Source: Pseudomonadota bacterium (GTDB taxonomy: Bacteria > Pseudomonadota > Gammaproteobacteria > Burkholderiales > REEB80). From it: 64,000 nt of DNA. The notes beneath the pieces are model-generated. The model saw only the letters and a program-made list of their open reading frames with translations. It was not told the origin of the DNA and searched no databases. Both the position numbers and the translations under genes were made by a program. Location of the stretch: assembly GCA_028873515.1 (NCBI GenBank), contig JAGWIG010000010.1, positions 5,642 through 69,641 on the forward strand, written 5' to 3'. Below, piece after piece: positions 49,420 to 62,855 of this stretch (position 1 is its first letter; each line of letters begins with the position of its first letter).

Positions 49420-49752
49420 ATGAAAAACTACCTATGGTTCATACTCGCCTCAATTGCCGAAATCGCAGGGTGTTTTGCATTCTGGGCCTGGCTTCGGCTC
49501 GGTAGAAGTGCATTATGGACCATCCCGGGAATGCTTTCACTTGCCTTATTTGCATTTGCCCTGACCAAGGTTGATCTTCCCCAAAATGTTGCGGGTCGGG
49601 CTTATGCGGCTTATGGGGGAATATATATCACTGCGAGCCTGATCTGGCTCTGGCTGGCTGAAGGGGTTCAACCAACTAAATGGGATTGGATTGGCGCAAG
49701 CATTTGCCTACTCGGAATGAGCATCATCCTGCTTGGTTCCAAATTTGCTTGA
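49420..49752 (+). CDS. ynfA: UPF0060 (YnfA-family) membrane protein
   Basis: [28 protein letters not shown]... About 110 aa with 4 TM helices. Confidence 0.75.
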   Translation: MKNYLWFILASIAEIAGCFAFWAWLRLGRSALWTIPGMLSLALFAFALTKVDLPQNVAGRAYAAYGGIYITASLIWLWLAEGVQPTKWDWIGASICLLGMSIILLGSKFA

Positions 49753-50014
49753 CAGTTGTAGATACAAACAATACTCATACCCAATCAGTCAAGAAGATTT
49801 TCTGTACAGAAAATTACTCATAAAACATTATCATCCTGAAAAGAAAGCTGCTTTACCGAACTCATATAAGTTTGCCATAATAATCTCATATCCAGAGCCC
49901 ATCACATGATCCATGCTTTAATTATCACAACTATGCCCCCCTATATTAGGAAATAGATCTTCCATAATCCATTTTATATTGGCTGTACCTATACTGTAAG
50001 AATCGAAAGAAAGT

Positions 50015-50674
50015 ATGCGTATCCTACTTGTAGAAGATGATCCCATGATCGGTGAGGCTATCAAGGTTGCTTTGAAAGATGCAGCCTATGCAGTAGATTG
50101 GGTTAAAAACGGAACATCAGCCAATCAAGTGTTGGAAAGTGGAGAGTATCAAGCAGTGTTACTTGATTTGGGCTTGCCCAAACGCGACGGGCTGGAAGTG
50201 CTACGTTTATTGCGCCAAAGGCGAAGTCACATACCTGTCATCATCATTACCGCCCGAGATGGAGTTGAAAACCGCATTAAAGGACTAGATACCGGTGCTG
50301 ATGACTATCTTGCCAAGCCTTTTGATATCAATGAACTACTTGCCCGATTGCGGGCCGTCATTCGACGTCAAGGGGGAAATGCCTCCCCAATACTCAGCAA
50401 TGGTCTAATAAGCCTCAATCCAGCGACGCGGGAGGCGCAATGTTCGGAAGGTGCACACTTATTGAGCGCACGAGAATTTTCCCTGCTCTATGCATTATTA
50501 TTACGACCCGGAGTAATTTTAACCCGTACCGAACTTGAAGAACACATCTATGGCTGGAATGAAGAAGTAGAAAGCAACGCTGTAGATTTTCTCATCCACA
50601 GCATACGGAAAAAACTAGGGATGAATTCCATCAAGAATATCCGAGGTGCTGGCTGGATGGTTACAAAACCATGA
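50015..50674 (+). CDS. OmpR-family response regulator (QseB/BasR-like)
   Basis: MRILLVEDD..., LLDLGLPKRDG, K at YLAKPF, and a winged-helix C-terminus (IRGAGWMV). Confidence 0.9.
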   Translation: MRILLVEDDPMIGEAIKVALKDAAYAVDWVKNGTSANQVLESGEYQAVLLDLGLPKRDGLEVLRLLRQRRSHIPVIIITARDGVENRIKGLDTGADDYLAKPFDINELLARLRAVIRRQGGNASPILSNGLISLNPATREAQCSEGAHLLSAREFSLLYALLLRPGVILTRTELEEHIYGWNEEVESNAVDFLIHSIRKKLGMNSIKNIRGAGWMVTKP

Positions 50675-51969
50675 GACCTTCCCTTGAACGGCATCTTACC
50701 CATTCTCTAGGATTCACTATTATCCTGGCAGGATTTTTAGCAGGAATAATCTCACTCACACTTGCCTATATGGAAGCGCAGGAATTTCAGGATAACACCT
50801 TACGACAAATTGCAGCATTATTGGATAATAATTTTTCATCTAAACAATCTACAAGCAATGAACCAAACATTTCAGACATAGACCCTGAAGAGAAAATAAA
50901 AATCATGAGTTTGCAGTTCGCTGAAAAGACTGCAGGACTGCCAACTAATCTAAGTCCAGGTTTTCACAGCGTCTACACCCCAAAAGGTTACTGGAGAATA
51001 TTTATCCAGAAAACCAATCAAGGATCCTCGATTGTCGTAGCCCAAGCAACCAAGGCACGTAATGAAATAGCAATTAATAGCGCCCTTCGTACCCTTGTGC
51101 CCCTAGTTATACTATTACCATTGCTGGTCTGGCTTGCCAGACATATTATAAGAAATGAGCTTAATCCACTGCGCGTTCTCGCCCAAAAGCTAGAACACCA
51201 ACCAGCAGAACATCCAGAGGCTTTACCCGATGCTGGAATTCCAAATGAAATACTTCCTTTTATCCATGGCATTAATGGCCAGATGCAGCGTATCAAGCGG
51301 CTGATGGAACAGCAAGAACGATTTATTGCCGATGCTGCCCACGAATTGCGTACCCCATTGACCGCTCTATCACTTCAACTCCAAAACCTACAGCAAGCTA
51401 ATACCCTTAAAGAAATGCGATTGCGCATTAACCCTCTTAAAACAGGAATTGAAAGAGCTCGGCGTATGACCGAACAACTTTTAAGCCTAGCGAAAAACAA
51501 AACCTATAAACATCGAATGGAACATGTTGATTTATCAAAAATGGCACGTGAACTGATCGCGGATTACCTGCCCTTGGCTGAAGCCAGATCGCTTGATCTA
51601 GGACTTGAGGACGCCGGTAACCTTACTCTTTATACTGAACCCGATACATTGCTTATGATACTCAGAAATGCGCTTGAAAATTCAATACAATATACCCCTA
51701 ACATGGGTCAAGTCACCCTGCGCCTTCATGCCGAAGGAGATGATATGGTCATCGAAGTATGTGATACAGGCAAAGGCATACCGGTTTCCGAAAGGGAACG
51801 GGTTTTTGATCCCTTTTATCGCATTAATGACCAAGGTGGTGAAGGAAGCGGGTTAGGACTTGCCATTGTTAACGATGCAGCCAAGCGCTTAGGTGGGACA
51901 GTTACTTTAAAGGAACCGGCTAATGGAACAGGATTGATTTTTTACTACCGGCAGCCGCGCGTACCATGA
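50671..51969 (+). CDS. Sensor histidine kinase (QseC-like, 2 TM + HisKA + HATPase)
   Basis: H-box FIADAAHELRTPLT, N-box LRNALENSIQYT, G-boxes DTGKGI / GSGLGLAIV. ATGA overlap with the regulator gene. Confidence 0.85.
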   Translation: MRPSLERHLTHSLGFTIILAGFLAGIISLTLAYMEAQEFQDNTLRQIAALLDNNFSSKQSTSNEPNISDIDPEEKIKIMSLQFAEKTAGLPTNLSPGFHSVYTPKGYWRIFIQKTNQGSSIVVAQATKARNEIAINSALRTLVPLVILLPLLVWLARHIIRNELNPLRVLAQKLEHQPAEHPEALPDAGIPNEILPFIHGINGQMQRIKRLMEQQERFIADAAHELRTPLTALSLQLQNLQQANTLKEMRLRINPLKTGIERARRMTEQLLSLAKNKTYKHRMEHVDLSKMARELIADYLPLAEARSLDLGLEDAGNLTLYTEPDTLLMILRNALENSIQYTPNMGQVTLRLHAEGDDMVIEVCDTGKGIPVSERERVFDPFYRINDQGGEGSGLGLAIVNDAAKRLGGTVTLKEPANGTGLIFYYRQPRVP

Positions 51970-52128
51970 AGGTTATTCAACCCAACGAACGGTATCCCCT
52001 TTTCAAGGGTGCGCTAATTCCCTGCTAATTTTTCTTCCATACAATAACTTCATGATTTGTTAATCGTCACTAAAACGATTTTCAGAGAACTGATTTTTAT
52101 GAACATTAATTTTTAAGGAAGAAATATC

Positions 52129-52437
52129 ATGACTAGCAAGAAAACAATGCTTTCGGCCATCTTTATTGCATCAACAACCATTGCATTCGGTGCCCAAGCC
52201 TATACTGGGGCAGAATTTTCCAAAAATGCCAAAATCAATATTCAGGAAGCTCGTACAATTGCCATTAAAACTTTTCCGGGGAAAATTATTGACGAAGAAC
52301 TAGAAAATGAGCAAGGTGGCAGTGGCTTACGCTATTCCTTCGATATCAAAAAAAATGGGGCGACTCATGAAGTTGGCATCGATGCTCAAACTGGAAAAGT
52401 ACTTGAAAACTCCATGGAAGGTGCCAATCCAGACTAA
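52129..52437 (+). CDS. PepSY-domain small secreted protein
   Basis: Signal peptide, then ...EARTIAIKTFPGKIIDEELENEQGGSGLRYSFDIKKNGATHEVGIDAQTGKVLE. Confidence 0.7.
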   Translation: MTSKKTMLSAIFIASTTIAFGAQAYTGAEFSKNAKINIQEARTIAIKTFPGKIIDEELENEQGGSGLRYSFDIKKNGATHEVGIDAQTGKVLENSMEGANPD

Positions 52438-52524
52438 AAATTGTATTCTGTACAATCAAAGCCTTATAGAACCAATCAATAGACTGCCAACTTAACCCCT
52501 ACCGGAACCAGAAACTGGAAAAGG

Positions 52525-52547
52525 CCTGCCGAAATAATTTCGGCAGG
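52525..52547. terminator. Perfect 10-bp hairpin between convergent genes (possible bidirectional terminator)
   Basis: CCTGCCGAAA-taa-TTTCGGCAGG between the PepSY gene (+) and the porin gene (-). U-tracts are weak on both strands. Confidence 0.5.
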
Positions 52548-52562
52548 AATCCTTGATAAAGC

Positions 52563-53279
52563 TTAGAACGTTTTAGTCATGCTGACGAATACATGTGAGT
52601 CAGCGGTTTTAACACCATCTGCCTCGGTATAGAGGGCCTTGTTGGCATTGGTGGTCGTATAATTGACGCTGGCACTGTAACCATGACCAAAATCATGTGC
52701 CAAAGACACTTTGTAATCCGTATAATTCAGTCCAGCATTGGCTGCACCTGTCACAACCTGATGCCCGGCATGCAGACCCAGAGTCAGATTCTCCGGCAAG
52801 GGCACAGCCAGAGCCGCTTCATAGTAGTAGGATCCACTGGAATCAGGCAGGTTATAGAACTTGTTCAATTCATGACTGTATTTAACCGTCAGCCACCTGT
52901 ACCCCAGTGAAACATTGGCTTCATCGGTGCTAAAATGGGTGTCTCCGAAATAGGTGTACTGGATGAGCCCAGCACTCCAGTTCCAGTCCTGGTTAATAAC
53001 CCCGTTGTATCCTCCGTAGAAATCCGTCTCTTCATTTACCCTGGTATTATTCTGGAAAATATCTGAACTGATGCTGCTACCCCATATCCCGGCATACCAG
53101 CCTGCTGGATTAGTCCAGTCAAATCCACCCTGAATGGCGGGTTTATTTGCTGAATTGGTAATCCCGCGATAGACATAATTGGTTGTCGCGGAAAGATTCC
53201 CGAGCACACTGGCAAAAACCGGTGCGGTAAAGCCCATACAGCCGGCAACAATCATTGTTTTCATAATTCTGTTTTGCAT
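52563..53279 (-). CDS. TorF-family (TIGR02001-like) putative outer-membrane beta-barrel
   Basis: Signal peptide, then ...TTNYVYRGITNSANKPAIQGGFDW...GWYAGIWGSS, ending in F. Start is uncertain (53279 or 53264). Confidence 0.6.
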   Translation of the reverse strand: MQNRIMKTMIVAGCMGFTAPVFASVLGNLSATTNYVYRGITNSANKPAIQGGFDWTNPAGWYAGIWGSSISSDIFQNNTRVNEETDFYGGYNGVINQDWNWSAGLIQYTYFGDTHFSTDEANVSLGYRWLTVKYSHELNKFYNLPDSSGSYYYEAALAVPLPENLTLGLHAGHQVVTGAANAGLNYTDYKVSLAHDFGHGYSASVNYTTTNANKALYTEADGVKTADSHVFVSMTKTF

Positions 53280-53442
53280 TAGAGTCCCCTGCCTTTCACT
53301 TTTTATTAAACCGGAAATAGAGAGATACCCGTATTTTTCGGGCATGGGAGAAGATTAGGAGGGAATACTTAAGGCAGAATTAAGACTCGAAATTCATCCG
53401 GAAAAAAATCAGGGAATAAGTAAAAAAACATACACTGTCCGC

Positions 53443-53476
53443 AAAAAAACAGCGGGAAAGATTTCACTTTCCCGCT
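53443..53476 (-). terminator. Rho-independent terminator downstream of leuA
   Basis: On the minus strand: AGCGGGAAAG-tgaaat-CTTTCCCGCT followed by GTTTTTTT. Lies 9 nt after the leuA stop. Confidence 0.8.
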
Positions 53477-53484
53477 TCTTCCAG

Positions 53485-55020
53485 TCAAACCTGGGGATGT
53501 GCCCGCTCAATTTTGCTATGCAGCCGGTTCAGAGCGTGGACATAGGCCTTTGCAGAGGCAATAACAATATCGGTATCCGCGCCCTGCCCATTTACGATAC
53601 GACCTTTATCATGGAGCCGGACAGTCACCTCCCCCTGTGAATCTGTACCCTGGGTGATGGCATTGACCGAATAAAGCTGAAGTTCGGCCTGAGCGCCCGT
53701 AATCGCTGCCATAGCCTTAAATGCCGCATCCACTGGGCCACTACCCTGGGCCTTGGCTGATTTCTCTACATCACCATCCTGAAGGATAACTGTTGCTTCT
53801 GGAGTTTCACCCGTTTCTGAAGTAACCTTGAGCCAGACAAGCCGGTACTGTTCATTTTCATTTGCCTGCTCTTCTTCACTCATCAAGGCCTGCAGATCTT
53901 CATCAAATATCTCGTGCTTCTTGTCAGCCAGATCCTTGAATCGGGCAAAGGCAGTATTGAGCGCTTCTTCAGAGTCAAGCTCTATGCCTAATTCCTTTAA
54001 TCTCGTTCGAAAGGCGTTACGCCCGGAATGTTTGCCCAGCACCATTCGGTTGGCGGTCCAGCCTACTTCCTCAGCCGACATGATTTCATAGGTCTCACGA
54101 TTCTTGAGTACTCCATCCTGGTGGATGCCAGATTCATGAGCAAAGGCGTTGGCCCCCACAATAGCCTTGTTAGGCTGAACCGCAAACCCGGTAATATTGG
54201 ATACCAGCCGGGAAGCAGGTACAATCTGGGAAGGATCAATTCTTGTCGTACACGAAAATATATCCTGCCGTGTCTTGACAGCCATGACAATTTCTTCCAG
54301 GGCAGCATTTCCGGCACGTTCACCCAGACCATTGATGGTACATTCAACCTGGCGCGCTCCATGCATTACCGCAGAAAGGGAGTTGGCAACGGCAAGGCCC
54401 AGATCATTGTGGCAATGGACAGAAAATATCGCCTTGTCAGAATTGGGAAGACGGGTACGTAATGATTCAATGAGTGCGCCAAACATGTCTGGCAGCGTAT
54501 ACCCAACCGTATCCGGTATGTTGATGGTGCGCGCCCCTGCATCAATCACCTTCTCCAGTATCCTGCAAAGGAAATCAATGTCGGAACGACCCGCATCTTC
54601 GGGAGAAAACTCGATATTATCCGTATAACGTGAAGCCCACCGTACTGCCTGCACAGCCTGCTCTATAACCTGTTCAGGCTCCATCCGGAGCTTCAGCTTC
54701 ATATGGATGGGACTTGTTGCAATGAAAGTATGAATCCGCCCGGAAACAGCGGGACGAATAGCTTCTCCAGCCCGTTCAATATCCTTCTCAAGGGCACGTG
54801 CCAACCCACAGACCGTACTATCCCTGATGACGGCAGCCACTGCCTTGACGGATTCAAAATCACCATTGCTGGCTGCAGGGAACCCTGCTTCAATCACATC
54901 CACCCTCAGTTTCTCCAGCTGCCGTGCAATCCGGATTTTTTCTTCCCTTGTCATTGAAGCACCAGGGCTCTGTTCCCCGTCCCTCAAAGTTGTATCAAAA
55001 ATAATCAAATGATCTTTCAT
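53485..55020 (-). CDS. leuA: 2-isopropylmalate synthase
   Basis: [27 protein letters not shown], and a C-terminal LeuA dimerisation/regulatory domain. Confidence 0.95.
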   Translation of the reverse strand: MKDHLIIFDTTLRDGEQSPGASMTREEKIRIARQLEKLRVDVIEAGFPAASNGDFESVKAVAAVIRDSTVCGLARALEKDIERAGEAIRPAVSGRIHTFIATSPIHMKLKLRMEPEQVIEQAVQAVRWASRYTDNIEFSPEDAGRSDIDFLCRILEKVIDAGARTINIPDTVGYTLPDMFGALIESLRTRLPNSDKAIFSVHCHNDLGLAVANSLSAVMHGARQVECTINGLGERAGNAALEEIVMAVKTRQDIFSCTTRIDPSQIVPASRLVSNITGFAVQPNKAIVGANAFAHESGIHQDGVLKNRETYEIMSAEEVGWTANRMVLGKHSGRNAFRTRLKELGIELDSEEALNTAFARFKDLADKKHEIFDEDLQALMSEEEQANENEQYRLVWLKVTSETGETPEATVILQDGDVEKSAKAQGSGPVDAAFKAMAAITGAQAELQLYSVNAITQGTDSQGEVTVRLHDKGRIVNGQGADTDIVIASAKAYVHALNRLHSKIERAHPQV

Positions 55021-55232
55021 GTCTTATTCTCCAGCTGCGCCTGTCAAACCAAAATCGGATTTTTTCCGCATGGACGATAGATGATAAATAGGATAAGGGG
55101 TGGGATATTTAGCGCGCAAGGCGCAGTAGAAGGCTTCCCAGTTCAGGCTGGGAGCAAAGCATGTCATGAATCATCATGATGGAATAGGTATTCATGAGTT
55201 AACTATATAATTTTCACGAATCAATGGCAAGA

Positions 55233-55994
55233 TCAGGCTGGTTTTTCTCTCGACCTATGGCGCCTGATGTAGTATATAACCCACAGCACATAACCGGAAA
55301 TGCCATAAGCTACAAATACGAAAAAAACGACCAGGGGAGGGTAGGTAGCCAGCAGAATGAAGGCAAGCAAAGGAATGAGCACCACAAAAAACGGGACGCT
55401 TTTCCTTAAATTGATATCCTTGAAACTATAATAACGAATATTGCTCACCATGGTTAACCCTGCAAAAAAAGTCAGGGCGCAGGAGATCCAGTTAAGCTCA
55501 CGTCCGGGGATGCCTACGTCGTACATCATCCAGACAAAACCTGCAATAAGGGCTGCTGCTGCAGGACTGGGCAAACCCGTAAAAAAACGCTTATCCGCAA
55601 TTTCTACCTGGGTATTGAAACGTGCAAGTCTTAATGCTGCTCCAGCTGCATAAACAAAAGCTGCGATCCAGCCTATCCTTCCGAGCGACTGAAGCGACCA
55701 GACATAGATAACCAAAGCAGGAGCAATACCAAATGCAACCATATCGGACAAACTGTCGTACTGAACACCAAAATCGGACTGGGTACCCGTGAGCCTGGCT
55801 ATGCGTCCATCCATGCTATCAGTAATCATTGCAATGAAAATCGCTACTGCGGCATATCCGAAGTTTCCATTCATCGCCTGCACAATCGCGTAAAATCCTG
55901 CAAAAAGTCCTGCCGAAGTAAAAAGGTTGGGCAAGACATAATAGCCCTTGCTGCGAGGCCGGATCTTTTGATGCTCTGGTTCAGTCTGAGTCAT
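55233..55994 (-). CDS. pssA: CDP-diacylglycerol-serine O-phosphatidyltransferase
   Basis: CDP-alcohol phosphatidyltransferase motif DSMDGRIARL...G...DSLSD. GGAGGTG RBS lies before ATG 55994. Confidence 0.85.
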   Translation of the reverse strand: MTQTEPEHQKIRPRSKGYYVLPNLFTSAGLFAGFYAIVQAMNGNFGYAAVAIFIAMITDSMDGRIARLTGTQSDFGVQYDSLSDMVAFGIAPALVIYVWSLQSLGRIGWIAAFVYAAGAALRLARFNTQVEIADKRFFTGLPSPAAAALIAGFVWMMYDVGIPGRELNWISCALTFFAGLTMVSNIRYYSFKDINLRKSVPFFVVLIPLLAFILLATYPPLVVFFVFVAYGISGYVLWVIYYIRRHRSREKPA

Positions 55995-56047
55995 GCCACC
56001 TCCGGTATACCAAGACGCCATATAGCCGCAAGTTCCAGGTCTGTTTC

Positions 56048-56692
56048 CTAGTCATGCAGCCGTGCAAGTACATCCTGACCGCCCTTGACGTGATCGCCAA
56101 TTGCCACATCGACCCGGCTCTCTTCGGGAAGATAAACATCAACACGGGACCCAAACCGGATGAAACCATAGCGTTCTGCCCGGGCAAGAACAGAACCTAC
56201 ATCGACATAGCAAAGAATACGCCTGGCAATGAGCCCCGCTATCTGGACACATATTATATCTTTTCCTTCAGGCGTTTTAATCCATAAAGCGTTGCGCTCA
56301 TTCTGTTCTGAGGCCTTATCAAGAGACGCATTCAGAAAAGAGCCACTGAAATACCAACGCTTGATAACTTTTCCTTCGACCGGACTGCGGTTGGAATGAA
56401 CGTTAAAAACATTCATGAATATGCTGACCTTGATGGCAGTCCTGTCCAGATAGGCATCCCTGGTTTTTTCCACTGCTACCACCCGCCCATCTGCAGGAAC
56501 GATTACCAAATGAGGATCATCTGGACAATGCCGAGGGGGATCGCGAAAAAACTGGAGTATAAAAATGGCCAAAAGCCAAAACGGGAGACTCCATCCCTTT
56601 CCTAGAAGCCAGGTTGCGGAAACTGCCAGCACCAGGCCAAGGAAAATGAAGGGAAGGCCCTCACGGGCAATGACCGGATGAGATTTTTGCAT
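56048..56692 (-). CDS. psd: Phosphatidylserine decarboxylase (short, membrane-anchored form)
   Basis: 214 aa. [13 protein letters not shown] and the C-terminal [10 protein letters not shown] self-cleavage-type motif. Confidence 0.85.
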   Translation of the reverse strand: MQKSHPVIAREGLPFIFLGLVLAVSATWLLGKGWSLPFWLLAIFILQFFRDPPRHCPDDPHLVIVPADGRVVAVEKTRDAYLDRTAIKVSIFMNVFNVHSNRSPVEGKVIKRWYFSGSFLNASLDKASEQNERNALWIKTPEGKDIICVQIAGLIARRILCYVDVGSVLARAERYGFIRFGSRVDVYLPEESRVDVAIGDHVKGGQDVLARLHD

Positions 56693-56753
56693 CAGGAGCG
56701 AATCCGCACAAAGTGAAGCCGGAAGCCGAAGCTTCCGGCAAGCGGGTTAAAAA

Positions 56754-57785
<1,032 letters not shown>

Positions 57786-57807
57786 TCAATACCCGGACGT
57801 TTTCCCG

Positions 57808-58301
57808 TCAGGGGTTCAAGATACGGTTGCCACGACCGATGCCGGAAGCACCAGTGCGAACAGTTTCCACGATAAGATTGTGATCCAGGGCATCAAGAAA
57901 AGCATCCAGTTTTGCAACATCGCCCGTCAGTTCTATCGTATAGGTCTCATCAGAGACATCGATGACATGCCCACGAAAAATGCTTACCAGACGGGCAATA
58001 TCCTCTGTATTGCCTTCAGCAGTACTGACCTTGACCAACATGAGTTCCCGCTCGATGTGCCCTCCTTCGGTAAGGTTGACCACCTTGACGACCTCGATGA
58101 GCTTATCAAGCTGTTTGAGAATCTGCTCGATGACATCGGCTGATCCCGCTGTCACGATCGTCATCCGGGAAAGTGTCGGATCTTCGGTCGGTGCAACCGA
58201 AAGCGATTCTATATTATAGCCACGTGCGGAAAAAAGACCTGCCACCCGGGATAACGCACCGGACTCATTTTCCATGAGAAGAGAAAAAATATGCCGCATA
58301 T

Positions 58302-58305
<4 letters not shown>
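57808..58305 (-). CDS. ilvH: Acetolactate synthase small (regulatory) subunit
   Basis: ACT domain LLMENESGALSRVAGLFSARGYNIESLSV. ATGA overlap with ilvI. Confidence 0.9.
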
Positions 58306-59999
<1,694 letters not shown>

Positions 60000-60179
60000 A
60001 CCATCTGCCTTTTATCTCAACATAACGTCATAAACCCATAAAAATACCACCAAACACCTGTCTCTGCCAACTTTTTACATCCTTCTGCCAACTCAGCGGC
60101 CCGTCAAGAAAGACTTTCGACAGGTCAGCACTCCCACCGTATAATCAGGCTTCCTTACTTTCTTTATCCTGAAAAAACC

Positions 60180-60815
60180 ATGGTCCTGAAATCTGCCGGG
60201 TTCTGGCACCGTATCGCCAGCATGCTTTATGAGGGGCTGGTAATCATTGCCTTGTTCATGGTTGCCACCTTTCTCTATCTTCTGGCAATCCATAATTTCA
60301 GCAGTGCGGGAAACATGGGGTCTGATCGCCATCTTCTTCAAGTCTGGCTTGCATTGGTGGCAGGCCTCTATTTTACCTGGTTTTGGGTGCATGGTGGTCA
60401 AACCATTGCAATGAAAACCTGGAGACTGAAAATTACTGACAGGCAGGGAAGGAAATTAACTGCCAGCCGTGCCATCCTGCGCTATCTGGTTGCGCTGGCC
60501 GGATTTTTTTTCTTTGGGGCAGGTCTCCTGTGGGCACTGTTTGATCGTGAAAAACTGTTCCTTCATGATCGTTTGCTGTCCACGCTGGTTATCTCCTGCT
60601 GGGGATCAAATCCTCTCAACACGGACAAGAAGATAAAAGGCAACAAGAAAGAAGAGAACACCAGGCAGCAGGGCCGAGAAAATCGGGGGCCAGTTATTCA
60701 AGACACCGAGATGAACAAAAATCTGGTTGGTGAGATAGAAAAAAAGCCCGACCAGAATAGCCGTGATAAGACGGCCGCTGCTCGCAACGGAGCGGGCGGG
60801 CAGGTAGGCGAATGA
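60180..60815 (+). CDS. RDD-family membrane protein (3' end uncertain)
   Basis: RIASMLYEGLVI..., GQTIAMKTWRLKI, LFLHDRLLST. The last 70 aa or so are basic, low-complexity sequence that overlaps the lptG 3' end. Confidence 0.6.
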   Translation: MVLKSAGFWHRIASMLYEGLVIIALFMVATFLYLLAIHNFSSAGNMGSDRHLLQVWLALVAGLYFTWFWVHGGQTIAMKTWRLKITDRQGRKLTASRAILRYLVALAGFFFFGAGLLWALFDREKLFLHDRLLSTLVISCWGSNPLNTDKKIKGNKKEENTRQQGRENRGPVIQDTEMNKNLVGEIEKKPDQNSRDKTAAARNGAGGQVGE

Positions 60816-61679
60816 CAGAGCAAGAAGCAGCATGATAAGACAGGTAAATGGATAGAATAATTTGGCCCAGAGCGCAATTTCATATCGCGCCACACGCTGG
60901 CCATTTGCCTCAAAATGAGTGATATAGGAGTACAAATCCCCGATTGAAAGATCATCAGGAACAACAAGAAGCACACTCAGGATGTCAGGATTCAGTACCG
61001 TCTTCCAGGTCATCTGTGGCAGATGCACAATTTGCGTTCTTTCCGGACTAAAACGTGTCTGCACAACATCTGTCAGATTCCAGCGGTTATGGCCAATATA
61101 CATGCCTTTTGCTGCCTGTTCGATGCTCGTCAATCTCCACTGCGGATCAAAACTGTAGATGTTGATATCAAGCAGAGTCATGTCCGGCTTGATTTGGCTA
61201 ACATTGACAAATCGACCGGCGTCCTTGACCCAGAGCCCGGATCGGAATTCCTGGGCCACCATGGAATGTGTGGCGCGAAGCTTAAGCTGCTGGGCTGCCT
61301 GCTGGGAATAGGGAACAACTACTTCACCCAGTAGCAGGGTAACCAGCATAAAACCCATGCCCGTTCTCACCATGGCATAGGACATGCGTGGTACAGACAT
61401 CCCGGATACCCGCATGACGGTGAACTCGGAACTGTGGTTGAGCTGAATCAGGGCATAAAGACCGCCAATCAGGGCCGTAACCGGCATAAGCCGATAGGCA
61501 TTGGCAGGAAAATGGAGCAGCACAACCTCGAAAACGGGCCAGAGTGTGTAATGGCCCTGACCAATGGAACCCAACTGGTGAGCAAGATCAAAAAATGAAA
61601 AAAGGGCGAGAAGTCCTGACATCACCAGCAATGAGGCTCCATAAATCTGTCGCGAAAGATAACGGTAAAGGACCTTCAA
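60606..61679 (-). CDS. lptG: LPS export ABC permease LptG
   Basis: MKVLYRYLSRQI... YjgP/YjgQ family, 357 aa. ATGA-type overlap with lptF. Confidence 0.85.
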   Translation of the reverse strand: MKVLYRYLSRQIYGASLLVMSGLLALFSFFDLAHQLGSIGQGHYTLWPVFEVVLLHFPANAYRLMPVTALIGGLYALIQLNHSSEFTVMRVSGMSVPRMSYAMVRTGMGFMLVTLLLGEVVVPYSQQAAQQLKLRATHSMVAQEFRSGLWVKDAGRFVNVSQIKPDMTLLDINIYSFDPQWRLTSIEQAAKGMYIGHNRWNLTDVVQTRFSPERTQIVHLPQMTWKTVLNPDILSVLLVVPDDLSIGDLYSYITHFEANGQRVARYEIALWAKLFYPFTCLIMLLLALSFAYLPARSVASSGRLITAILVGLFFYLTNQIFVHLGVLNNWPPIFSALLPGVLFFLVAFYLLVRVERI

Positions 61680-62755
61680 CGATGTCGCCTTCTAAACCAC
61701 GAAACCAGAAAAAGCCTGCGGTAAAACAGATACCCCGCAAGGGCCAGCATCAGCAGGTGGACCCACCAAAGGCCGATAGCAGGAGAAAGCTTCCCTTGTT
61801 CAACCCAGGTATCCGATATGCTTAACAGGTTCGCGTAAATCATGAAGATGAGCAGGGCCAGAAGAAAATGCCACGATTTTCCTGTTCTCGGATTCACCGC
61901 GGCCAAAGGAATCGCCAGCAAGGCGAGAATCAGGGCGCTGATAGGCTTGCTCAGACGCCACTGGAGTTCCGCCTGTGCATCAGCGGTCGGGGTGTGCATC
62001 AGTTTTATCGTTGAAGTCGCCTTGGCAGTCGGGTTCACGGCGGAAGCACGAGGCTGAAGGTATAAATCATAGTGCTTGAAACTCATCACCTGATAATCCA
62101 GTTTCCCGGGTTCACCATCATAGCGCCGTCCGTTATCCAGTTCCAGGTATTCAATACCATTGGGCAGACTCCGGTGATAGCCGCGACTGGCGACAACAAT
62201 GCTGATCTTTCCAGCCTTGCGCGACTGAACAAATATGTTTCGGACTTCCTGATGATTGGCAGAAAGCGAATCCACAAAATAAACCCGATCCTGTGCTCCT
62301 GATTCACGGAAGACTCCCGGAGTAATCATGGAGAGATCGGTACGGCTTTGCATGAAACTCAGATACTTTGCATTTTCGCTGGCCGCCCATGGAGACAAGA
62401 CCAGGCTCAGTATTGCTAAGGCAGCCACGACGGGGAAAATGAAATAAAGCACCGGCCCTATCCAATGTGTCACATCCAGTCCCGAACTGAACCAGACTGT
62501 CATTTCACTGTCACGATAACTTCTGTTAAGCGTCATCAGGATACCGATGAACAAGGTCAGCGAAATCACCACCGGGATATAATTAAGGAGGGTAAACCCC
62601 AGGAATGACAAAAATTCGTTTGGCTGAATGACGCCACCTGCCGCATCGCCAAGCAGCCTGACTATAAAAATAGTCAGCGTTATGGCCATGAGTACGGTAA
62701 AGATGAGCGCCACGCTACGGGCAAGCTCATTAACCAAAGCTTGTCTAAAAATCAT
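61676..62755 (-). CDS. lptF: LPS export ABC permease LptF
   Basis: MIFRQALVNELARSV... YjgP/YjgQ family. Divergent from pepA, which is the conserved proteobacterial arrangement. Confidence 0.85.
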   Translation of the reverse strand: MIFRQALVNELARSVALIFTVLMAITLTIFIVRLLGDAAGGVIQPNEFLSFLGFTLLNYIPVVISLTLFIGILMTLNRSYRDSEMTVWFSSGLDVTHWIGPVLYFIFPVVAALAILSLVLSPWAASENAKYLSFMQSRTDLSMITPGVFRESGAQDRVYFVDSLSANHQEVRNIFVQSRKAGKISIVVASRGYHRSLPNGIEYLELDNGRRYDGEPGKLDYQVMSFKHYDLYLQPRASAVNPTAKATSTIKLMHTPTADAQAELQWRLSKPISALILALLAIPLAAVNPRTGKSWHFLLALLIFMIYANLLSISDTWVEQGKLSPAIGLWWVHLLMLALAGYLFYRRLFLVSWFRRRHR

Positions 62756-62855
62756 GTTTTGAATGAATCTTTGACTTTATGCGTCAAAAGAAAAATAATC
62801 ACGGTTACCAAAATATTTTCAGTATCAAACCAAATAAGATTATAAGGAGCCTTTT

